From Candidatus Saccharimonadota bacterium (lineage in GTDB: Bacteria > Patescibacteriota > Gracilibacteria > UBA1369 > 2-02-FULL-48-14): a stretch of DNA of 32,000 bases. The number at the start of each line of letters is the position of its first letter. The stretch's first letter is position 1. This document shows, piece by piece, positions 15,902 to 23,795 of this stretch. Below the pieces are notes generated by a model. The model made no database searches. It was not told the origin of the DNA and saw nothing but the letters and a program-made list of their open reading frames with translations. The stretch lies in assembly GCA_965230905.1 (NCBI GenBank), contig OZ246396.1, positions 780,001 to 812,000 on the forward strand, in the 5' to 3' direction. A program made the position numbers and the translations under genes.

Positions 15902-16899
15902 ATCAATTTGATTTCTCACAGGAGACACTCGATCGGGCTAATCGTTCATTGATGGAATCAGAGCACCGTGGAGTACCTGGAGTTCAGGAATTCCGTGGAG
16001 AGGTTGCCGGCCCTTCGGATCCTGTTTTATACATTGGTACTCACACTCATGGAGATGAACCAGGATCAGGGGCTATTGTTCCAGCACTTATAAGTGGGCA
16101 AGTTAAGGTAGGGCGGGGTCGAGTAATTGTTGGGGTGAATAATTTGGACGCAGCGCGTGAAGGAAAACGATTTCTAAAGGGTGGACTCAACTTCAACCGT
16201 CTTCCTGCTGACGATATGTTGGCAGGCGCACATGCGAATAATGCTTCATTAGATTTTCAACGTATGCGAGCCTTGGCACGAGCCGGTTTATTGGAGGCTA
16301 CTCATGGCCTGGATCTTCATACCATCCCACATTCACCGGTTCCTGGGTTTAAGCTCCACGAGAAGGGTGACTATAATTTTGCTAATGCTATTGGAATCGA
16401 AGACTTTATTGCAGAGATCACTAACAATCAGTTCGATTCAGAGAACCCTGCCGGACCTAAAACGGTTGCCTTCGGAAATTATATTGGTGGTTTAGAAAAC
16501 AATATTCCAGTTGCTGAAATCGAAGGAGGAGGACCTGAAACACCTGCAGTTCGTAGAACCGTTGCACAAGGAACTCTTTCTGTTATGGCTCAGTTGGGAA
16601 TGATAGATCCTAGCCGTTATGGCCTCGAGCCAAGAGAAATAGAACAACGTTTATATACGGTTACGGATTGGGCTTGGGCTCCAGCGGGTTACACCTTAGC
16701 TCGACAATTTGAACCCTACGCAAGAATGCAAAAAGGCGAACCTGTAATGGTTGATTCTACGGGAGCAGGACGACCTGACATCGTGGCTCCTAGAGATGGA
16801 CATCTTATTATGCCACCTCCTTTTGGTAAGCCTCTTGCTGGTCCAGATGACTGGTGGCATTCCGCTCCAGTTGAGGTGAGCCGACAGAAGGTACTGTAA
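15892..16899 (+). CDS. AstE/AspA-type (succinylglutamate desuccinylase/aspartoacylase, M14-like) zinc hydrolase, copy 1
   Basis: GTHTHGDE (HxxE zinc site), NFNRLP, LDLHT (third ligand) and AEIEGGGP (catalytic Glu region). No signal peptide. Confidence 0.7.
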   Translation: MEANQFDFSQETLDRANRSLMESEHRGVPGVQEFRGEVAGPSDPVLYIGTHTHGDEPGSGAIVPALISGQVKVGRGRVIVGVNNLDAAREGKRFLKGGLNFNRLPADDMLAGAHANNASLDFQRMRALARAGLLEATHGLDLHTIPHSPVPGFKLHEKGDYNFANAIGIEDFIAEITNNQFDSENPAGPKTVAFGNYIGGLENNIPVAEIEGGGPETPAVRRTVAQGTLSVMAQLGMIDPSRYGLEPREIEQRLYTVTDWAWAPAGYTLARQFEPYARMQKGEPVMVDSTGAGRPDIVAPRDGHLIMPPPFGKPLAGPDDWWHSAPVEVSRQKVL

Positions 16900-16932
16900 A
16901 TTGACAGACCCTGATGTTGCCTTCATATTGAT

Positions 16933-17967
16933 TTGGTGCTGTACAAAATCACGACTTACGCGGAAGATCTTTTAAGGCAAAGTGTTGAGGCTTTGATGTC
17001 TTCTGTGTACCGAGGAGTACATGGAATTTATGAAATCAAAGGAGAGATTCAAGGGCCTTCTCAACCAACTTTATACGTAGGAACTTACACGCATGGTGAC
17101 GAGTTGCTTTCAGGTTCACCCATTTTACCCCTCCTTAAAGGTGATATTCGGCTAAAAAGAGGGCGGATTTTGCTCGCGGTCAATAATCTTGAGGCGACTC
17201 AAATGGGGCTGCGTATGGTTCCGGGTGAGATAGATTTTAATCGGCTGCCTTTAGAAGATGTCATGACCAGTTCGGACTCTAATCCCTCTTTGAGTCTGCA
17301 GCGGCTGCAGTCTCTAGGGAAAATAGTGCTTGAGGCAAGTCATGGGTTTGAAATTCATACCACCCCCAGTAAGCCTTATTTGGCTATGAGGCTGCCCATT
17401 AAAGGCGACCAGGCTTTTTCAGAGGCGATAGATGCGGAGATTTCCATCCTCAATATTACTCAGTTTCAGAAAGACTGCCGGGACCCGGACGGTCCTTGCA
17501 CCTTGGCATTTGGGAATTATATTGGCGGTTTGGAAAATCCCATTCCCGTGGTGGAATTGGAAGGAGGGGGGCCTCAGACTGCGGAGAACAATCCGCTCCT
17601 CTATGAATCGATTCTTCGTGCCTTGCTCTCAGTTTTGGCGCGTTTGGATATGATTGATGCCGAGGAATATGGGCTAAGCCCAAAAACCATTATTCGGAAG
17701 GTGTATGAAGTGATAGATTGGCAATGGGCTTCTCCTGGTTACGTACTTCCTCGCTTGTTTGAACCGTTTGCTTATTTGAAAAAAGGCGACGTGGTAATGC
17801 AAGATGGTACAGACTCTGGTTTGCCACCGATTCTCATGCCTGAAGACGGACACCTGGTGCTCCACCCCTCCTATAAAATAAAGGATGGAAAGCCAATGCC
17901 CTCCACTCATCCAAAAGATTGGTTTGTTTCTAAACCTGTGCACTTAGAATCTGTGGAAGTCCTTTAG
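16933..17967 (+). CDS. AstE/AspA-type (M14-like) zinc hydrolase, copy 2 (tandem paralog)
   Basis: GTYTHGDE, DFNRLP, FEIHT and VELEGGGP, collinear with copy 1. Similarity extends upstream of the first ATG, so the start must be TTG 16933 or GTG 16936. Confidence 0.7.
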   Translation: MVLYKITTYAEDLLRQSVEALMSSVYRGVHGIYEIKGEIQGPSQPTLYVGTYTHGDELLSGSPILPLLKGDIRLKRGRILLAVNNLEATQMGLRMVPGEIDFNRLPLEDVMTSSDSNPSLSLQRLQSLGKIVLEASHGFEIHTTPSKPYLAMRLPIKGDQAFSEAIDAEISILNITQFQKDCRDPDGPCTLAFGNYIGGLENPIPVVELEGGGPQTAENNPLLYESILRALLSVLARLDMIDAEEYGLSPKTIIRKVYEVIDWQWASPGYVLPRLFEPFAYLKKGDVVMQDGTDSGLPPILMPEDGHLVLHPSYKIKDGKPMPSTHPKDWFVSKPVHLESVEVL

Positions 17968-19499
17968 TCCTTCGGAATCTCGATACAAGGTTCGGCTTTA
18001 TCGTGAAGGCCAATCATCTCGCTGAGTTCCTTTTCGGTGATGGATTCCAGCTCGGGTTCCCATTCTTTTTTGTCGTAGGAGATTTTGTACATTTCCGGCA
18101 TCAGGGGGGTCAGCGCTTCTTCAAAGGTGATTTGCTTAGCGGAATCCACCAGGCGTTGCCAGCTGTCTTCTTTCCCGTACAAAATAAGGTCGGGACCGCT
18201 GGCTAGGCCCACCTCGTGGTCTCCGTATTCCATGAACGCAAAAGTGAGTCCGTCGCAGATCTCCTTGGTTTGTGCCCGGGCACAAACTTCAATACTGCGG
18301 TAGTTTCCAATATCCACGTTCATTTTAATGTAGCCGTTCTTCATGTGGGTGAGGTAGTTCACTTGGTTGAATCCGCCGAGGCATTTCACGCCGTAGTAAA
18401 AAGAAACGGTGGCGAAAGCCAGCAAGAGGCTGGGGATGAGTTCTTTTTCTTCCATGGCCTTTTGAATGATTTCCGGTTTGAGCTCAATTTTGTAGGATTC
18501 ATCTTTGGACACCAAGAAATTCCCTTTCCGCCAGAGTTGCAGGTTGCGCTTGCTTCCTTTTGGCAGCGCCCAAAACAGGTAGGTTCCGGATTCATCGGCT
18601 CGTGAGAAGGAACCAAAAATGCCTTCAAAATACTGGTTGATGTAGGGCTCGTAGGTGAGGTCGAAAAGGATGTGGTTCAAAATAGTGTGTTCGTAGAGAT
18701 GGTGCTTGATTAGTAGGCGAACCACGATGTCCTCCAATTCCAGGTAAACCAAGTTGGGAAGCTTCACTTTGCTGGTGGCGAAAAGGCGTGGCCAGAGTTT
18801 GAAGTTGGTTTTGCTGATTTGCTCCATGTAGGAAGCGGAGTTGTAAACTTCGGGTTGGTCGTAGACTTCCTGCATGAGTTGGGTCATTTTTTCGTGTTCC
18901 ATGGCGCCGATCTCGCCTTTGTCGAGCTTGATTTTTAATTCTTTGAGGATTTTTTCCACTTCCACCTTGGTGTAAGGGGGTAGGGTGTAAACGGCGGGTG
19001 GACGGGTGTTGGCTGAGAAAAAAGACATGCGGTGGGTTTGCAATTTTCCTTCACGCACATTGTGGAAAAAGAGCCCGCGTGGGAAAGAGGAGTTGTCCAC
19101 GGAGATGTTTGCACAGGCCAGTACGATGACATTTTGAATGGCTGGATCGGAATGATCGGCCATGGCGGCTGCCGTGAGCAAGTTTGAGTTCAAAAAGAAC
19201 GGATGGGTGATGGGCCCGTCGTGATCGGCCGTGGAAACGAAATAGTATTTTTTGAGCTGATTCACCACGGAGTCGGCCAGTTTTTTATCAAAACGGCTTT
19301 CCACCACTTCGGCTACCACACCCAAAAATTCATTCTGTCGCCTAGGAATGGTAGGGGGGAGGTTCACATCCACGTAATCGTGGGAGTATTCGAGGAGTTT
19401 TTTGGATCCTCGTTTCTTTAGAATTTCGTCTAGGACAGGTCTTTTTACGAGTACTTTTTCTTTTAAGCGTGCAAATCGATCGGCTAGGTCACCTTGCAT
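17964..19499 (-). CDS. unknown-family protein, copy B (511 aa), paralog of 13634-15040
   Basis: Same conserved blocks as copy A (YYFVSTADHDG, FPRGLFFHN, CLGGFNQVNYL). The start was trimmed to ATG 19499 because the track start overlaps rlmN. Confidence 0.8.
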   Translation of the reverse strand: MQGDLADRFARLKEKVLVKRPVLDEILKKRGSKKLLEYSHDYVDVNLPPTIPRRQNEFLGVVAEVVESRFDKKLADSVVNQLKKYYFVSTADHDGPITHPFFLNSNLLTAAAMADHSDPAIQNVIVLACANISVDNSSFPRGLFFHNVREGKLQTHRMSFFSANTRPPAVYTLPPYTKVEVEKILKELKIKLDKGEIGAMEHEKMTQLMQEVYDQPEVYNSASYMEQISKTNFKLWPRLFATSKVKLPNLVYLELEDIVVRLLIKHHLYEHTILNHILFDLTYEPYINQYFEGIFGSFSRADESGTYLFWALPKGSKRNLQLWRKGNFLVSKDESYKIELKPEIIQKAMEEKELIPSLLLAFATVSFYYGVKCLGGFNQVNYLTHMKNGYIKMNVDIGNYRSIEVCARAQTKEICDGLTFAFMEYGDHEVGLASGPDLILYGKEDSWQRLVDSAKQITFEEALTPLMPEMYKISYDKKEWEPELESITEKELSEMIGLHDKAEPCIEIPKD

Positions 19500-19526
19500 A
19501 TGCTTTCTTGATTTAGGATGGCGATA

Positions 19527-19536
19527 ATTTATACCA
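19527..19536 (-). promoter_or_regulatory. possible extended -10 promoter element for copy B
   Basis: Minus strand TGGTATAAAT lies about 28 nt upstream of ATG 19499, in the 68-nt gap after rlmN. Confidence 0.3.
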
Positions 19537-19567
19537 TTTTTAGAAAAGAAGCAAAGGGTGGGCGTTT

Positions 19568-20644
19568 TTACTTCTTCCCACCCAAAACAATCAACTGGCC
19601 ACAAGCAGCGGCAATATCGTCGCCCATGGTTTTGCGCATGGTAACAGGGACGCCGCGGCGTTCGAGGATCTCTTTGAAACGGTCGAGTTGGGCGCGGGTG
19701 GAGCGCTCCATGCCGATGTCGGTGAAGTTGTAGGGGATCATGTTCACCTTGAGCGGTTCTTCGCCGTGGCGGCGGCCGGCGGTGAGTTCGCGGACGAGGT
19801 CGGCGAGGACTTCGGCGTGGCGGTCGGTGTCGTTGATGTTTTTGAGCATCACGTATTCAAAAGTCAGGTGGTGGCGGCGGTTGCCGTGGACCACTTGGTA
19901 GCGCTTGATCCAATCTTTGAGTTTGCCAATAAAGCCGTCGAAGGAGCTGGGCACGATTTCCTTGCGGGTGATGGGGTCGGCGCTGTGCAAAGAGATGGCG
20001 AGACGGGTGTCGGGCCAGTCGGGATCCACCAAGATTTTTTCCAAAACTGGCAGCACGCCCACGGTGGAAACGGTGATGTGCGTGGGGCCGAGGTCGGTGT
20101 ATTTGAGCCAGGTGTGGATGGTGGTTTTCACATTTTCGTAATTGGCCAGCGGTTCGCCCATTCCCATAAAAACCACGTTGCTGATGCGCTGCTCGCCCTG
20201 GAGTTCCGTGTGGATGAAGTTTTGCCAAAAGCGATATTGATCCGTTATTTCGTCTGCGGTCAGGCTGCGGAGTAGGCCCATTTTTCCGGTGGCGCAAAAG
20301 GTGCAGCCCATGGCGCATCCAACTTGGGAGGACACGCAAATGGTCCAGTCGCCGCGCATGTTTTCCATGAGCACGGTTTCCACTTTTTGTCCGTCTTCCA
20401 GCTCGAGGAGCGCTTTGTGGGTGTCCCCGCGAGCACTGCGCATGATCTGCTGGCCAATATAAGAAAGCCAACGCGCGTTTAGGGTCAGCGTTTCGCGCAT
20501 GGCCAGTGAAAGATTCGTGATGTCGTGCCAGCCGAGTTTTCCAGGTTTAAAGAGGTTCTCCTCAATCTGCTTCCAGCGGAAGGATTTTTCATTGGGAAAA
20601 AGTTTCTGGAAGAGCTCGAAACGGGTTTTTATTGGTGTCGCCAT
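19568..20644 (-). CDS. rlmN: 23S rRNA/tRNA adenine-C2 methyltransferase (radical SAM)
   Basis: Radical SAM GCAMGCTFCATG, plus GMGEPL and DDIAAACGQL blocks typical of RlmN. Confidence 0.93.
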   Translation of the reverse strand: MATPIKTRFELFQKLFPNEKSFRWKQIEENLFKPGKLGWHDITNLSLAMRETLTLNARWLSYIGQQIMRSARGDTHKALLELEDGQKVETVLMENMRGDWTICVSSQVGCAMGCTFCATGKMGLLRSLTADEITDQYRFWQNFIHTELQGEQRISNVVFMGMGEPLANYENVKTTIHTWLKYTDLGPTHITVSTVGVLPVLEKILVDPDWPDTRLAISLHSADPITRKEIVPSSFDGFIGKLKDWIKRYQVVHGNRRHHLTFEYVMLKNINDTDRHAEVLADLVRELTAGRRHGEEPLKVNMIPYNFTDIGMERSTRAQLDRFKEILERRGVPVTMRKTMGDDIAAACGQLIVLGGKK

Positions 20645-20754
20645 ATCTGAATTAGCGTGATTGTGACATAAATGTGCAAAACTGGCAAAAGTTTAGGAAA
20701 AGAATTCAGGTTTTTGTCAGGATTTTCTCAAAACGCCTGTGTTACTGTTCTTTT

Positions 20755-21165
20755 ATGCGTGTTTATCAAACTAAAGTAGAAAAACTTAAGGGGACAGATT
20801 TTGTTGAAGTTCGAAGGAAAGCCTTTTTTATTTTTAAACAAATCAAAAAGAAGACTAAGCGACAGCCTTATATTCGGTCTGCTTATTTCAGTAAAGAAAA
20901 AGTTTTCTTGAATATCTTTTGGGCTCATTTATTCGAAAAACCTTCAAGTGAGCGTCTGCGTCGACTGAAGTATTTTGCTGCTGCGATCGAGCTTATTGAA
21001 CACAATCGTTTTACTCCGACAACCAAAACCGATTCTAACAATCCAAGATTTTTACTTCATAGATTTAGCGGACTTACAAAAGAGAATGAAATGTTCTATG
21101 TTCAAATAAAGGAGGATATTTCTTCTCAGAAGAAATATTTGATTTCAATATTCCCCGATATATAA
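20755..21165 (+). CDS. hypothetical protein (136 aa) in an AT-rich segment
   Basis: The ATG at 20755 was preferred over the track start. Lys-rich product (MRVYQTKVEKLKG...FWAHLFEK...FYVQIKEDISSQKKYLISIFP). Sampled GC is about 32-37%. No family assigned. Confidence 0.55.
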   Translation: MRVYQTKVEKLKGTDFVEVRRKAFFIFKQIKKKTKRQPYIRSAYFSKEKVFLNIFWAHLFEKPSSERLRRLKYFAAAIELIEHNRFTPTTKTDSNNPRFLLHRFSGLTKENEMFYVQIKEDISSQKKYLISIFPDI

Positions 21166-21169
21166 AAAG

Positions 21170-21219
21170 AAAGGCTCCCCGCTGTTGTGGTATATAAACC
21201 ACGGTGCCGATCAGCCTTT
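21170..21219. terminator. nested hairpin between convergent genes (possible bidirectional terminator)
   Basis: Outer stem AAAGGCT (21170-21176) pairs with AGCCTTT (21213-21219). Inner stem GTGGT-atataa-ACCAC is at 21187-21202. The flanking A/T runs are imperfect. Confidence 0.35.
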
Positions 21220-21285
21220 CATATATATTTTAACAAAGACGCGTTTATTTACAAGGGCTGGTTCGTACGGCGAAATTTATGAGTC

Positions 21286-21675
21286 TTACTTCTGTAATTT
21301 CCAGGCCACCCACGTCAGCACGTACCAGGCCACGAAGCCTATGCCGAGCCAGTTTAAATCCTCATCCAGGCTCAGGGTTGGGAAGAGCACGTGGTAGCCG
21401 CCCTGTTTGGAGATCCAGTAGGCGTTCAGCATTCCGAGCAAGAGTCCCACCATGGTGGCCACGAATAAAAAGCGGTATTTTTTTAGGTCGCTTGAAACCA
21501 GGCTTAGCAAAAAGGCTTGGGTGAGGGCGTACAGCGCGATGTAGCGGTCGTGGGTGAATATAAAAATGCGGTCGTGTTCCAAAATCGGGAGGCCCAAGAA
21601 GTGTAGGAAAAATTCGCTTAAGAAAAATAGAGCGCCGAGCCATAAAAGAACGCGAGTGAGGAGGAGTTTGTTCAT
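21286..21675 (-). CDS. hypothetical integral membrane protein (129 aa, about 4 TM)
   Basis: ATG ORF overlapping the upstream gene by 4 nt, with hydrophobic helices. No family recognised. Confidence 0.65.
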   Translation of the reverse strand: MNKLLLTRVLLWLGALFFLSEFFLHFLGLPILEHDRIFIFTHDRYIALYALTQAFLLSLVSSDLKKYRFLFVATMVGLLLGMLNAYWISKQGGYHVLFPTLSLDEDLNWLGIGFVAWYVLTWVAWKLQK

Positions 21676-22049
21676 CGGTGCTTTTTAAGTATGTAGAAAA
21701 TCAGTGGGGGAATGAGTGCCATCTGTAAAATGGGCGTGATTCCCACTTCAATGCCGGGTATGAGTGGCATGCTTGGTAGGTAAGCCCAGCGCTCCAGCTC
21801 AATGGAAATTTTCTCAATTACCACGGCGAGCACAGTTCCAATGAGCGCCATTTTCCAGAGGGAAGGCACTTTTTGGTGAATGGCGTAGAGCACCAGCATG
21901 ATACCGACGTCACCGATTGTGGCGTGCAGGCAAATCCAAAAACAGCGAGTCATGTCGATGCTGCACTCATAAAGTGGCGATTGAGCCAGTTCCCACGTGA
22001 GGTGAAAAACGAAGCTGAGGAGCAAAAGCCAAGAAAGGGTGCGTTTCAT
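21672..22049 (-). CDS. hypothetical integral membrane protein (125 aa, about 4 TM)
   Basis: The start was trimmed to ATG 22049 (MKRTLSWLLLLSFVFHL...), 17 nt after the upstream stop. No family recognised. Confidence 0.65.
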   Translation of the reverse strand: MKRTLSWLLLLSFVFHLTWELAQSPLYECSIDMTRCFWICLHATIGDVGIMLVLYAIHQKVPSLWKMALIGTVLAVVIEKISIELERWAYLPSMPLIPGIEVGITPILQMALIPPLIFYILKKHR

Positions 22050-22066
22050 GTGCCCAGCATAGCACT

Positions 22067-22981
22067 TTACAAGTGTGGTGCCATGACTTCTTCCACCAGC
22101 CATTCCAGCGTTGCCTTGACCATGCTTACGTTTTCTCCGCTGTACAAACTTTTTACTTTTATGTCAGCGGCGGGGCAGCGGACTTTTGGTTCAGCTGGGG
22201 TTTCTTCTGCTTCGAATTGCTGGATCAGTTTTTCTAAAACGCCTTCTTTAATATGTAAGACGGGGTAGTCTTTGCCGGATTCGTGGTTTAGGTAAAAGTT
22301 ATCTAAATTTATGCAAGGATGGAGGCCAATGTTTTTGTGTATGTACGAGATCAAAGCCTCCGATCCATTGGCCAGCCGTTGAGTCAGTTGGCTGAACTCC
22401 GGAGAACGGAGGATTTTTAAAAAAAGCTCCCCGGGTATTGGCCCCCCGGAGTTTGGAAAATCTTTTTGGTAAAGCCGGTCTATCAATTCACTAATGTGGA
22501 TTAGCAAGGAAATGGCACCATCTATTTCACTGTTTATATGGTCTTCTGGCGAAGGATATCGAGTTCCCTTGGTGGATTCAATTTTAACAATTTCTGTTAA
22601 TTTTGCGTGAGCTTCTTTTTGGAGAGTGCTGAGGTCCACCGGCACCTGGGTCGCCATTTTTTTGAGTGCTTTAAACACAAGCAATTTTGCTTCTTCCGCG
22701 AACACATGATATCGGTCCGGATCGATTTTCAGGTGATGGCTTAGCCACGCATGATCCACCGTGTGATTCTCTTCAAAAACAGACCAGAAAATTTGTGAAA
22801 CGTAGTAAGCTGTGAGAGCTCTTTGTGGAACTGCTTCTAGGCTGCTAAGAACGGGGTCTAGGCCGTGTGCCTCCACTTTTGAGGCTAGGTTTTTGTAAGG
22901 CAGTCCCGCCCCTTCGTGTTTAGCGGCTAGGATTATTTTCGTGTGAAATGGGCATCCGCTGGGTTTTTCTGAGTTGTTCAT
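22067..22981 (-). CDS. hypothetical soluble protein (304 aa), first gene of a three-gene operon
   Basis: ATG ORF with normal composition. The N-terminus contains GCPFH. No family recognised. Confidence 0.7.
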   Translation of the reverse strand: MNNSEKPSGCPFHTKIILAAKHEGAGLPYKNLASKVEAHGLDPVLSSLEAVPQRALTAYYVSQIFWSVFEENHTVDHAWLSHHLKIDPDRYHVFAEEAKLLVFKALKKMATQVPVDLSTLQKEAHAKLTEIVKIESTKGTRYPSPEDHINSEIDGAISLLIHISELIDRLYQKDFPNSGGPIPGELFLKILRSPEFSQLTQRLANGSEALISYIHKNIGLHPCINLDNFYLNHESGKDYPVLHIKEGVLEKLIQQFEAEETPAEPKVRCPAADIKVKSLYSGENVSMVKATLEWLVEEVMAPHL

Positions 22982-23056
22982 GGTTGACTATTCTGACCTG
23001 ATAGCTTAAGATCATAGCTTAATTTTCAAAAATGTCTAGTGTCCGGGTAGGGGCAC

Positions 23057-23085
23057 TTGTTTTATATGATGGAATAAACTATAAT
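23057..23085 (+). promoter_or_regulatory. predicted promoter of the vapBC-like operon
   Basis: TTGTTT (23057-23062), a 17-nt spacer, then TATAAT (23080-23085). Inverted repeats follow directly. Confidence 0.5.
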
Positions 23086-23110
23086 ATGAAAGATTTCATC
23101 ACATGAATTT

Positions 23111-23356
23111 ATGATTTCAGAAAAGGCCACTGTTATGCAAAATAACACGATTTGTATCCCTAAAAAGCTTCGTCTGAAGCTGAATATTAAGCCCAAGGAT
23201 ACTTTAATGGTGGTATTGAAGGGGGACTCCCTGCAGATTAAAAAATACCAACCCACTACTTTAAACGATTTGGTTGGGATTGGAAAAGAAGCTTATAAGT
23301 CTTATGGAGGAGGAGAAGCTTATCTCAAAAAAGAACGTGAATCGTGGAACGATTGA
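23111..23356 (+). CDS. vapB: AbrB/SpoVT (MazE/VapB-type) antitoxin
   Basis: The N-terminal KATVMQNNTICIPKKLRLKLNIKPKDTLMVVLKGDSLQIK matches the swapped-hairpin AbrB pattern (..IPK.iR..l.i..gD.l). It lies 2 nt upstream of a PIN gene. Confidence 0.75.
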   Translation: MISEKATVMQNNTICIPKKLRLKLNIKPKDTLMVVLKGDSLQIKKYQPTTLNDLVGIGKEAYKSYGGGEAYLKKERESWND

Positions 23357-23358
23357 TT

Positions 23359-23793
23359 ATGCGTAAAAATGTGAATTTATATGCCGGGAAAAGGGTAGCC
23401 ATTGATACCATGCTCATGATCTATGTACTTGAGCATCATCCAGAGTACATGCAAGTGGTGGCAGAAATTTTTGAGGACGCGCAATCGGTGATTTGCTCCT
23501 CGTTTCTTCTTGGAGAGTTGTTTGCCGGTCTATACAAAAAGGGGGATCAAAAAGCAGTGGATACTATTTTGGGCTACGTTGAGGATGCAGAAAATCTGGA
23601 AATTTACCCTTTCGATCACTCGACCAGTTTAGTTTTTGCAAAATTACGTGCACAGCATCCCAACTACTCTTCGCCAGATTGTATTCACCTTGCCACTGCT
23701 CTTCAATTTGAAGCTGATGTGTTTATCACCAACGATAAAAGACTTAAAAATTTGTCGGGTCTGAAAGTCTTGAATTTGGAGGAGTTGCTTTGA
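23359..23793 (+). CDS. vapC: PIN-domain ribonuclease toxin
   Basis: Acidic PIN residues are in place: VAIDTM, LGELFAG, DCIHLATAL, FITNDKRL. The ATG at 23359 was preferred over the GTG track start. Confidence 0.8.
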   Translation: MRKNVNLYAGKRVAIDTMLMIYVLEHHPEYMQVVAEIFEDAQSVICSSFLLGELFAGLYKKGDQKAVDTILGYVEDAENLEIYPFDHSTSLVFAKLRAQHPNYSSPDCIHLATALQFEADVFITNDKRLKNLSGLKVLNLEELL

Positions 23794-23795
23794 GC

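Noticed and set aside
19688-20471. ORFs of 195 aa (+) and 204 aa (-, alternative frame) inside rlmN
   Set aside because: Arg/Pro/His-rich or Gly/Val-rich frame-shadow products. RlmN motifs define the true frame.
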